From the NCBI GenBank assembly GCA_003344405.1, contig NOWV01000163.1, positions 62,001-126,000 of the forward strand: a DNA stretch of 64,000 nucleotides, read 5' to 3'. The number at the start of each line of letters is the position of its first letter. The stretch's first letter is position 1. The translations under genes and the position numbers were made by a program. Shown in pieces: positions 13,736-25,000 of the stretch. This DNA is from Trichoplax sp. H2 (lineage: Eukaryota). The notes under the pieces are model-generated. The model saw only the letters and a list, made by a program, of their open reading frames with translations, ran no database searches and had not been told where the DNA came from.

Positions 13736-14776
13736 TTATTCGCTTGTATTAAAGACATATTGGCTAAAACTTTTTCTCACCTTCTTCGTAGCAGTAATAG
13801 GATTGACTGAGTGATGCCTCCATGCTGCTAGACAACGTGGCCAGTGATATTGTTGTTTAACAGCTCGACGTAAATATGGATTCATTGCGCCGTTGATAAT
13901 AGGATTGACGGCGCTGTTCATAAAATAGACGATAGTAGCGATGGTTTGAAAATCGTTGTATTTAGACAAATCTTCACTATTACTTGAATCGAAAGCATAG
14001 AGTGAACCAGCTACAAAATTGGGAGCAATGCATAATACATAAGCTAATAAAATTAGGCCAATCATGGATGTTACTCGGCGTTCAATTCGTTGTCGATTGG
14101 ATGTTGCTATACTTGAATTTTTAGCATTCTTCCATAGCGTAATGACTACTCTACCTGAGCAATATAAGATAGTAAAGGTTGGAAGAACAGTACAAAATAG
14201 AGTTACTACGGTCACATAGAGACTTGGATCACGCTGCTGCATATTACACATTAACTTGGAAAAGTAAAAGACATAACGATTCCATCCAAATAATGGTGGC
14301 GCAGCCCATATTGCTGAATACATCCAAACACCGACAGCCATGATTTTAGCTCTTTTGATAGACATCTTGGCAACAAAATTAGGATCCATGGCACAGACAA
14401 TGGCATAATAACGATTAATACTTAAAATTGCTAAGGAGCATAGGGCGTTATTGTAAAGTATCATGTCTAAAAATCCACCTATAATACAAAATGTACAACT
14501 AAATGGCCATACCAAAGTTAAAGAAATGGTGAAACATATTGGCATGACAATAATTGTAATAAAGAGATCATTTAAAGCAACATTGGCGATTAAAATATTA
14601 GTTGAGGTATGTAATTTTTTAATGGAAATTGTAAAAAAGATGATGGCTAAATTGCCAGTTAATGCTATAGTAAAAATGATGCCGATAGCAATGCTTGGCC
14701 ATATTCTATACGACGGAGATAGAGGGATTGTAAAATTGTTGAAGCAATGATTAGCATGGATAGCACCAGCGCTCAT
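13736..14776 (-). CDS. Rhodopsin-class GPCR, tandem paralog of the 10.3-11.3 kb receptor; 346 aa
   Basis: 7TM; KKLHTSTNILIAN, SINRYYAIV, KMSIKRAK, PPLFGWNRY, KLMCNM and ERRVT are shared with the neighbour. TM7 reads NPIING. Confidence 0.93.
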   Translation of the reverse strand: MSAGAIHANHCFNNFTIPLSPSYRIWPSIAIGIIFTIALTGNLAIIFFTISIKKLHTSTNILIANVALNDLFITIIVMPICFTISLTLVWPFSCTFCIIGGFLDMILYNNALCSLAILSINRYYAIVCAMDPNFVAKMSIKRAKIMAVGVWMYSAIWAAPPLFGWNRYVFYFSKLMCNMQQRDPSLYVTVVTLFCTVLPTFTILYCSGRVVITLWKNAKNSSIATSNRQRIERRVTSMIGLILLAYVLCIAPNFVAGSLYAFDSSNSEDLSKYNDFQTIATIVYFMNSAVNPIINGAMNPYLRRAVKQQYHWPRCLAAWRHHSVNPITATKKVRKSFSQYVFNTSE

Positions 14777-16204
14777 TGTTGCTCGTTCATTAATTATAAG
14801 CGATATCCTTTAATGGAAAAAAATTGAATTATCCAAATTCGATGATAATGTCTTCAGAAGCATCTCACGATTGTTTACCACTTTTTTTTTTATCGACGTC
14901 GTGAGTATTTCTGATGAAATTGCGTATTTGCCTTAGTCACGCTGATCATTAATCTAGGTATTCTTTTCAATTGTTAGTGCAGTTAATATCACGACAGTTG
15001 CATTGGGAAGCAATTTAGTCTACTCTTGTCTGTTGGTATTTATTTTATTGAAGCAGATGGTATTATTCACTCGTCTGTCTATTTCCTGCCTTGAATTGGA
15101 CATCCTTATTGACCTCTTAATTATGGCATAGCAAGACCATGTGACTCTCTTAACGTTCTGCGAGAGAGACTAGAACAGTGGTGCCAAGTGGTAGCCATTG
15201 CTGTTGACCTTTGCTTCAAACAAATGCAGTTCTTATTCAATAGGAAATGATACTACTTGAAGCATATGGCTCATTTGATTTGTAGACAACGTAAAAAGAG
15301 ACAGTGTATTTTTAATTTATTTGATATAGGACAGTAGATAAAGGTGATATAATTTGATTTTTATTAAAATTGAATGGAGGGAAGGGACAATCTATTGTAC
15401 ACTCAATGTACAGGTAGAAACAGCAGATCCTATTTACTTTGACATCCTGCTGATATTATACAATTGATTGAGCTCCATTACTGCGGTGCTTTTTATGAAG
15501 TATGGGTATAAATAATCCCGTGAAATGTTGCATTGGTCTCGAGTTACTTGGAAGTATTTGCATACTGTCGATTGTCTATCTCATGTAATAAGGGAATGTG
15601 GCCTTGTTGATCATTTTTAGCTTGAATGTATTTGCCTGCAACACACGCCATCTTGGCTAAAACTGATTGTCTATATTATCATGACACGATAAACTAATTC
15701 TGTATGGCAATAGATCCGCTGCTGAGCGATAACGGATGGACAAAAGTTGTCATTGGGTCAATCATGCCTCTCCTTTGTCGAAGCACTAGACTAAAAACAA
15801 GCTTGTATTGAAGATTGTCGTTGTTGTAATATGCGTGAAGGCGACATGGCCAACTACAACTACCTCATTGATTGGATGAATCAAGTCTTCCTTGAGAATT
15901 GATCAACCAAGAACTCTAAAAACTCCCTACGTATTGGGAATGAGGACTCATTTAGCGATAGCTATTTCAATTCATGGAATGACTTCATCCTTCAACTGGG
16001 TCTTCATGGACCATCCATTCCCATGGAGTATTGAAAGAGATCATTTGCCATTGAATGAATCCATGTTGAAGATCTGGCAGGTATTGATGGACGCATCGTC
16101 CATGATTGCGTGGAGATTGTCATACTGAATGCTTAGACAACAGTCGATTTCGACAGGCGTTCTTTCCACCGTTGCTGAGCGATGCTTCAAGTGGTGCAGT
16201 GACG

Positions 16205-16216
16205 TGCGCCTGCGCA
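16205..16216. promoter_or_regulatory. NRF1-like site (TGCGCAGGCGCA on minus) overlapping a TGACGT CRE-like half site
   Basis: Matches the NRF1 consensus YGCGCAnGCGCR; lies in a locally GC/CpG-richer patch at the left edge of the TACAG tract. Confidence 0.4.
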
Positions 16217-16237
16217 TGTTTCGATGCATACGAATGG

Positions 16238-17550
16238 ATACAGTACTGTACAGTGTACAGTGTACAATGTACAGTCAATGATACGGTGACAGTGAGCATA
16301 CTGTAGCGTACAGTACAGTACAGTACAGTACAGTACAGTACAGTACAGTACAGTACTGTAGACCACGAGCGATACAAATACCGTACTCTACTGTACTGTA
16401 CACTGTTGTACTGTACTGTACTGTACACTGTACCATTGTGAAATACTGTACACTGTACCCTTCTGAAATACAGTACTGTACAGTACAGTACAGTACTGTA
16501 CTGTAATGTGTACAGTGTACACTGTACAGTACTGTATGCAATGACAGTACAGTACTAGACAGTATGGAGTCATTGTAGTGTACAGTACTGTACAGTATGT
16601 CATGAAAAGAAAACCGGTTTTCTATGAGTGCTACAGTACAGTATACAGTACTGTACACATTGCACTGTAGCTGCAGCATCGACAGTTATACTGTACTGTA
16701 CTGTACAGTGTACAGTACTGTCTACTAGTGCTGCCTTAGTATACGAAAGTGTTTACAGTATAATACTGTATATGAGTGGCACTTTCATACCAAAACGACG
16801 TTTTTTTAATAGTAAACGAAAGTGTTGACAGTATATAGAGTGGCCCGTTCATACCAAAATGACGTTTTTGACTAGTAAACGAGCTGCTGTACAGTACACT
16901 GAAGTCGCCTTTTTATACGAAAGCGCTTTATACAGTATAACGTAAACGTAAGTATACAGTACAAAGGCAGCAGACGTGTACACTGCGCAGTGACAAGACA
17001 CGGTATAGCGTCCTAATGCAGGGAACAGTACAGTATTACAGTACTGTAACTGTATCAACTACAATGTACAGTACAGTACATTACAATACATAGTACAGTA
17101 CCGTAGTACAGTACTGTACTGTACTGTACACTGAGTGTACAGTATTAGTGTACAGTGTACAGTACTTCAGTGTACTGGACTACTGTAAACTGTACACTGT
17201 ACTGTACTGTACACGGCAGCCTGCAGTGCTCCAAACAATCATGTTGTGTACACAGTAGATTGCATTCAGCATGGGATCAGGGCCAAAGGCACGTGCCCCC
17301 AAAGGTGTAGTACATAGTTCATACTCCGTTGACCCATATGACCCATTGACCATACAGTGTCAGTGAATAGACAAGCGGTTTCGGAGCGTCAAACCAGTCC
17401 TGTACGATCCTAAGGCGTACTGCAATTTGATTGGTTGTGAGCCAACAACCGGTCCAACGCTGACAAACCTTCCGAGTCACCGTTGTCTCTTGGACTACAG
17501 TCGAGTGTATCGTCGTACTGTACTGTACAGTACGACACTGTACTGTACTG
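16238..17550. repeat. TACAG/CTGTA-rich simple-sequence tract (interrupted), including a pure (TACAG)9 array at 16309-16353
   Basis: Dense TACAG, CTGTA, TACAGTACTGTA and TGTACA units in both orientations; produces spurious CTVLY/YSTVQ ORFs. Confidence 0.9.
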
Positions 17551-17712
17551 TCTATGAAGAAGGGTGATGTGTATGAGTGGAGTGAGCAATTGGGTCGCAT
17601 GCCCTTCCAGACATTAACAAGTTAGACTGCACTTGGCCTTTTTTCTCGGTACACTACTTCAATTAAGTTCCCTTGACCGGCACGGCGGTACCATCAACGT
17701 GCGCTTTTACAT

Positions 17713-19420
17713 ATGGCGGCAATGGCGTCGCTAGTAGCTCGCAACGCCGTCAGGCGTGTTCTTGGACAAAAGTTAAGGATGATGCCATCTACTACTGTGA
17801 AAACTGGTCATATTATAGGTATGCTATGGTACACTTGCATCCATGTTGACGATTAAAACGCTTTTCTCTGTTGATTTCCATGAAGAAATTGCAATACGTA
17901 TAGTGTGGGCATCGACGCCTTGAACTTGGAAAAGTGTTTTCAGTTATAATTTTCCTTCAAAGTTGATCCACTCGATAGCACTACGGTAGCCACCAGGTTA
18001 AAACGAACTAGTCTATCCGAGATGATCTAGGATCATCATGTTGATTGTAACAGTTGTACTGTCTGAACTTGCTTTGCTTGCTTCAAAAATAATTGTCGAG
18101 GATATCTGAAAACACTGGGTGCCCTCAACTGTACTGTAGACGATTCAATTTGAAATTGCTATACAGTACTTCAATGCATGCATTGAACAATTTTATACTT
18201 TGACTGCTCCTCACTGCGATATCTGAGGATCATGTTGAAATGAAGTAAGTAACCATAATATCCAGTCATGCACGATGATCGATCGGCAATGCACAGCACA
18301 GTATGTTATTGGAACGGATTTTGCACGTAGCAGTCAATGTAGTATACTGCATTTCGCTTCCTACTTTGTATTTGGGTAGGATAGCAGAGAACCAAATCAA
18401 ATATCACGTACTGATAGTATCATGACTACTGTTGTGCTGACTGTAGATTGACGCTTGATCCATGCTACTTGCTTCAACCAAAGTAGAATTAAAAATCTTA
18501 TAGCGCAACTTTGATTGAAATATCAATGAAATATCTTTATTTTTAGGTTACGCTTGCATATGTCGAATAAGAAACCAACATACTGATGTCGAAAGCGAAG
18601 CTAAGAAAAGTGATTGGGATTTATCCGGTATTAAAAGATGGTTTGGCTTCGAGGACCCGCCGGTGGGTATCAGATCAAATTTACTGAATACAACTTACTA
18701 CGCCATTGTTGATTGATTACTTGAGATCGCTGTAAATTAGATCAATGGCGCCGTCAGTCACTGATGCTACTTTACGTCTACTGTACCTATGAATGCTAAG
18801 GCTTGTGTAATCCATATTTCCACTTTTTTCTCACATATATTGCAGATCCCTACCGAAGAAGAGATGGAAACCAGAATGGAGTTATTAGAAAGAGTAAGTG
18901 CAACGGTGTTACTATAGTACTCTACAAATGTAGAGTACTGCTCAATAGCATGATGGTTTCGTTGGCTTTGACATTCATTTGTCAAAGCTTAAGAATTACC
19001 TAGTATAACATTGGAAATATTGAACAAAGTGTGTCATGACCATTCAATATTGATGTTACATACGAGTGATCGACTAATTTGTTCATTTGAATTAATTTCG
19101 TTATTCACGCAATGATAGGTTAGAGAAATGTATTATGCTCAGCCACCCATATCGCCTGATTATGAATTTTACGCAGAAGCAGTTAGAGCAATGATAAGAT
19201 TTAGAGACAAACGAGCGGTAGAAACCATTTGTGATATGATGAATGAAGTCGATATGGAAATTCAAGATGATTTAAGGCTTGAGGTAATGAATGCCCAAAT
19301 AGAAGAGTTTTAAAGTCTTGATTGATCAAGTCTTTCACAGTTGGTAATACGTCATTAATTTGTTATCCATTGCAGGTTGAACAATTTTTAGAACAGAAAT
19401 ATTTGGAAGACTACTACTAA
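17713..19420 (+). CDS. Small (159 aa) probable mitochondrial protein with one PPR-like/COX5A-like helical motif; 5 exons
   Basis: Exons 17713-17818, 18547-18662, 18846-18893, 19119-19283, 19376-19420; all GT-AG and phase-consistent (480 nt). The N-terminus MAAMASLVARNAVRRVLGQKLR is Arg/Ala-rich and acid-free like a presequence. C-terminal part SPDYEFYAEAVRAMIRFRDKRAVETICDMMNEVD. Confidence 0.8.
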
Positions 19421-21261
19421 TTTGTCAGGGGATAATGATGGTACTTGTTGATGGTATTATTCTTACATCTGCTATCATTCTATTACTGTAACATAATCAT
19501 TTGCGTTGTATCATTAATGTGCATTTTATACGGTTAAGTTATAATCGATGCAAAGTGATAGATTTTACATGCTATATAATTTCAGTATACGTAATCAACT
19601 TACCGTTCAAGTACAGTGATTATTACTTCTAGCTCAGGCATATATTCTAGTTATGCAAACGGTGGTGTTTACACGTTGAACAGTGCTTGATTCAGATATT
19701 ATACGCCACCCAACTTTTATTTTAAAATAGCAATTGATCAAAATGTAAAACTAATAAAATTGTCCAGCGTAGCTGTGCTCGTAAGGCTAATAAACCAATC
19801 ACTTTTCGGATATTGCAGAGTATGTATTATTGTGTGACTACGTTTCCTTTCTGCAATCCAACTCGATTGATTCTCAATCATGTGTTACACTGTTAATCAC
19901 AGGCGGTATTTGTACCTTGGGTCGACAGTAAGATCTCCATTTCTATACTTAATTTATTAGCGATATAATGAATCGATTCATTGCTATTTGGCACTTGTAC
20001 GCTATAGTAACTTCCTTGTATACCGTAAGTATAATTTAAACTGGGAACTTGGTAAACGTATGTAACGTGCAATTTTACATTTTCTTGAGAGATTTTCAAT
20101 GACGTAGTAGCAAGACATGAAGTGTACCTAAGGTCGATGGAATTTGTTCCATGTCTTTGTTCATAGCGATTGCTTATCCTTAAAGTTTAGTGTATCACTT
20201 ACAAGAAGCATTACAACTACTTCAAGCAGATAAGAAAAGCTATGGTTACTTTACTTGCTTACCCCCAAAGACCTGCTCATGCTATGCACTTGAACAACGA
20301 ACGAATCCATTGATCATATTACCCCAAAATCATCGTGGAATTGGAACTCCTAATCAATATTACGATTTACTTTGGTTATCATTGCGTATTAGGAGAGATT
20401 GAAAAGATTACTAGTCGAGAAAATATTGTTTGACCGAATCGACTGTACAATTTGGTGCACTATCATTGACGTTGGATTATAAATAAATATAATCGCAATA
20501 AATCAGCCAAAGACGACACAAGGTTTCATGAAATGGTAGAATAAAATAAGTTTATTTCCGATTCCCATTAACCTTGACTTTTAGTCGTATTTTAGTCGAG
20601 TTGTTGCCATCCACAACAACGTCAGGGTACCCTTGTCTACTAATGAGACAGTATTTTACATCAACATTATACAGTATATGCTTACAAGGTTAAATGACTT
20701 TAATCACTCGTTTCTCCCTTTCTAGTCTATTTCATCTACGTAATATAAACAGTCGACCATGCAGTACGTCAAACACATACTGCATACTGTACATTTAGAA
20801 GCAATGTGCAATTACAGTAAGTAGAGATGGCCAGATCATTTCCTTTTTAGTACAGTTATTTCCTTTGCGTTGTTGAGTAATGCTCTGAAATTGGAATAGA
20901 CTTGGATCAAATTTGCCTTAATCGCCGTCGGAGTGATGATGATTTTTCACTTGTCTTATGAACCTGCAGAAACGTACATCCAATTCTCATACGGTACTCT
21001 ATACGTTGAAGGTAATTTTATTCTAGGGGCATATCGTTAATTTTCCCTTTATTTTTTTACCTCCATGGGCTAACCCACGCCCATGATTTGAAGCTGGACG
21101 CAGTGCATTCCGTTCCAGACTGAACTAGTCCATGACAGTACAGTCATGCGTGCACTGTATCCGTCTAAGTTTTCTACAGAAACGGCAATAACGCAATGAC
21201 CTGTCATGCGTACTTTGATTTAAGGATAGACTTTATACCGGATGAGAAATTAAAACATGTT

Positions 21262-21486
21262 TAGTACTGTACTGTACAGTACTAATACTGTACTATACTA
21301 CAGTAAAATGTCTAGAACTAGAGTACTGTGTACAGTAGCTAAAGGTCTACTGTACAGTACTGTACACTGTAGTGTCGTACTGTACATACTGTAGAACCCG
21401 TAATTTATACTGTAGTTGGGATCTTGGCTTGTGCTTCATGCAATCTTATTGTTGATTGTTTAATAGCGTACTGTACAGTGTACACT
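21262..21486. repeat. TACAG/CTGTA-rich tract upstream of SREBP
   Basis: Repeated TACTGTACTGTACAGTAC and TACTGTACAGTGTACA units. Confidence 0.75.
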
Positions 21487-21533
21487 TTACGCCTTGGCAC
21501 TTTAAATTGGAGAGACTAGAAACTAGGGTCTAC

Positions 21534-21574
21534 TGTATGCATGAAACTTGAAGACTTCAAGTTTCATGCATACA
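21534..21574. repeat. Perfect inverted repeat with 20-bp arms and a 1-nt spacer
   Basis: TGTATGCATGAAACTTGAAG-A-CTTCAAGTTTCATGCATACA. Confidence 0.95.
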
Positions 21575-21670
21575 AGTTGAAGTAACATTACTTTAGTCAG
21601 TATGGCGCTACAGTGTCTCTATCAGACAGTGAGTGACTTGGAGTCAAACTTGACGAATGTGTTTCAGCTG

Positions 21671-21852
21671 AACCACGTGACCGAGTGGTCTGACTTTTCC
21701 TAACTTCTCTGATTGGCTGGATGTTTCTACTGACAGTCGAGTCTCTTACAAGCACTTACAATGGAAAGTTACCGTCACAGTACAAGTTACATCATCGCAC
21801 GATCTGTGTTTATTATGCGCTCTTGACAGGCGATGGATTGCGACTTGATTGG
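21671..21852 (+). promoter_or_regulatory. Putative SREBP proximal promoter: E-box plus two inverted CCAAT boxes
   Basis: CCACGTGAC (CACGTG at 21674-21679); ATTGG at 21712-21716 (CTGATTGGCT) and 21848-21852; 170-350 bp upstream of the ATG. Confidence 0.45.
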
Positions 21853-22023
21853 ATACAGTACATTATACTGTACAAAAAGTTCAACATCTGATCATTTGCA
21901 TTCAGTTTAACAGTAATTGCAATCATTGACAGGATTTACGAATAGTAGTGATATTATTTCAGAATCTCCACCATTGAATAAAGCGATTGGTTTGGTAAGA
22001 GAACGCTACCGAACGTTTCCAAT

Positions 22024-25000
22024 ATGGAGAATAGTTTAATAGAAGATTGGAATATGAGAAGAGAGCTTCCAGATGCGGGATTCCAAATGGAAACCGACAA
22101 CTCTTATATGATTACTCCTGAACAGGATAAGGGTGTATTAGACGACATTGATGGTATGTTGGCATTCTTGATCGTATGATTTTTCTCCTATTTATCATTT
22201 TACGGAACCTTCCTAGCAAAGTAAAATGAAATGTTATTTCTCTTCATCTTTATGGATGAAATACTTTGGAGAAAAGATAGCTTAGTATTGCAAGTCTTTC
22301 GCCTTGATCAGTTTATGGACGCTTTGAATTATTCTAGAATAAAAACTGCATACTTTCCTTGTATTTCTTCAATCCACTCTTACTCACTGCATACTTTACT
22401 TGTACTTCTTCTATCTACTCTGACTTATTTTGGTAGTCTAAAAAAAGTTCTTCCCTACAGTGTACAGTACTGTACTGCCCGTTTGTCCTATTCATTCTAC
22501 TTACAGTACCATATTTTCTACTGAGAGCGTATCCATGTTTCAGTCAGTACACTAACTACAGTACAATATAGCGTAGGCTTGGACCTCTGCTCTGTACAGT
22601 GTACTGTACAGTGTACAGTATACTGTATGGTCCAGTCACAGACTACAGTATCAATTAAATGTCTTCAGCTGAACCTTCTCAGGCGTCCACTTTCAATACC
22701 GTAGATTGTTGTCAACTGGCGATTGTTGATGTGATTGTTTACTTCGTCAGTGATAACCGATGTTGCCGAAATTCAGCAGCTAAAACTTGGACCATGACTA
22801 ATCGCATCAGTTCATCAGTTCTTGCTGTTTTGGCTACACTCTGCAAAGTAAATGAGTAGGAGAGTTAGGTAGAGGATCGTTATTGAGTACAGTGTGTCAA
22901 TACTTGTGGATTACAACGATGCCGACAGTTGTAGTTAGTATAGCAAGCGATAGCGTAATAAGTATTTTGCGCCATTCTACCACTGTATAGAATAGATCAT
23001 GAGGAGTAATACTGTACAGTCTAGTCATTTCTTGATGGGTTATGTGTGCTAGCATACAACACATGGAGTAAAACTGTACAACTGTTCAGTATCATCGGCC
23101 ACCAGAACCAAGACTAGTTGCAGTAGTTAAGAGAAGATCAAAATTCACTACGGCTTTTCAGCAGTAAGTCTCTCGTTACAAGTAACAACCATGCATACAA
23201 TTCCAATGAGTTCAGATAGGATCGATGGAGCCAATGACGAATAGTAGATTGGGCCTCCTCTCGCTCTTACAACTTGACTTAAAATACCATGACAGAAGAA
23301 GGAGAAATTTTTCTGTGATGCAAATACATTCGATTAAATGATGCTGGATAGCAAGCAATATCTTGTCCATTGATACATACATATACGTGTGTATTTCCAG
23401 ATCTATTCAATATGGACTATTCAGGAGAAGTCGGAGAATTCGATATTTCAGACTACCTGCAATCGGATATGCCCGTCAGACAATTTGATGACACTTTAGC
23501 AAAACTTGAATGCGATCCGTATTCATCGTTGATTAGCAATAATTCTGCTAGCATGGATGAAATCAAGCCAGTCAACGATAATAAGAAAGCGGCTATCATA
23601 AGTCAGTTAAGAGAACAGGAACAATTGAAGCAGAAACAACTTGAACAGCAAAGGCAGCTAGACGAATTGAGGCAACAACAGAAATTATTACAAGATCAAC
23701 TTCAAAAAAGTCAAACAGGTGTTGGTACCCTGCCGAGTGTTGTAACACTAAGCATGCAAGCACCAATACTTCCTAATGCGACATCCGCTTATACACATAG
23801 TACGCCGATAGTGGGAACAACTCAACAACCACAGGTTAGAATTAAAAGTAATGGTTATACCTTGATTAATTTCGACCCTTGTTTTTATGTCGTAACTGAT
23901 TCTTAAATTAGATATCTACATCTTAATCTTCTTAGCTTGAGAATAAATTTGTTTTGGTTTGCAAAATAATCGTTATCGCTTACTGTTACAGTTCTATTCA
24001 TATTGTGCATTCGATATCTACGTGTATACTCAAGATAGAAATATTAGGAAGGACTACTATTTTAAATAACGTTACTCCATTCAGTTTTTCTACTGCACTA
24101 GTTGGAAGGCATTTATTTGCTTTCTGTACTCCAACTGAAATTATCAACTACTATTTTTCTAATATCGTGCGTGACACGTCAAAGGTTATACATACTTTTG
24201 ACTAAATATCATGGCCGTCTTCGGTGTAGGTTGTACTATACCACCATAACCAACAGTAGATGTATTTATGAATTTGCTTACCAAAACGTACTGCTTGATG
24301 GTGTATTGATTAAAATTATTATCGATTGATAGATTGTGTTGGCTCCGCAAGTCAAGGCTGAGGTAGCTCCTACCAAGCCTTCGGCTGTCAGCGTTGCATT
24401 CACCTCCGGTTCTGTAAGTTATACCAATCTTGTAAACACAAGTGGCGTACCGACAGTTATCGGAAGATCAAATGGAAATTTGGATAGTGAAAAAGTTCCC
24501 ATCAACAGGATTTTAAATAGCAGTTCTACACCAGTTCAGAACGTCAGCAAAAGTGAGCGAAGATCGGCTCACAACGCTATTGAACGACGCTACCGTACTA
24601 GTATCAATGATCGTATCATAGAACTGAAAGATTTGCTTGTTGGTCCAGACACTAAGGTTTGTTGCAAAGATCATCAGAAATTGGCAGTAATACTGATAGT
24701 AAAATCATGTATTTCTTCTATCTAATTATAGAATTTTTAATTTGTATTAATAAATGGCGTAATTGTCTTGTATGTTTTTACTTTTGAAACCGTTAATAGA
24801 TGAACAAGGCTGGTATTTTACGAAAAGCTATAGAATACATTCGATATATACAAGACGTTAACAAAAGACTTGAAAAAGAAAATATAGCACTTAAAGAAGG
24901 TATAGTCAGTCACACTAATGTATTTTTAGTAGGAGTTTTATAATGTCTCCTCTAGGCTGCTCATGAACGAATATCGGATTATCAATATTTTATGCTTACT

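Noticed and set aside
15892-17600. Cluster of short ORFs with CTVLY/YSTVQ repeats; possible CRISPR-like array
   Set aside because: These are translations of the TACAG microsatellite or short chance frames; there is no fixed repeat with unique spacers, and the context is eukaryotic.
20820-21125. Box C (GTGATGA), box D (CTGA) and U3 box-A-like (GATCATTTC) words; SECIS-like hairpin near 21085-21125
   Set aside because: Spacing and terminal stems do not fit a snoRNA, and the hairpin lacks the AUGA/AA SECIS signature; needs an Infernal scan.
21676-21694. CGTGACCGAGTGGTCTGAC resembles a tRNA D-arm/A-box
   Set aside because: No anticodon arm, T arm or B-box follows.
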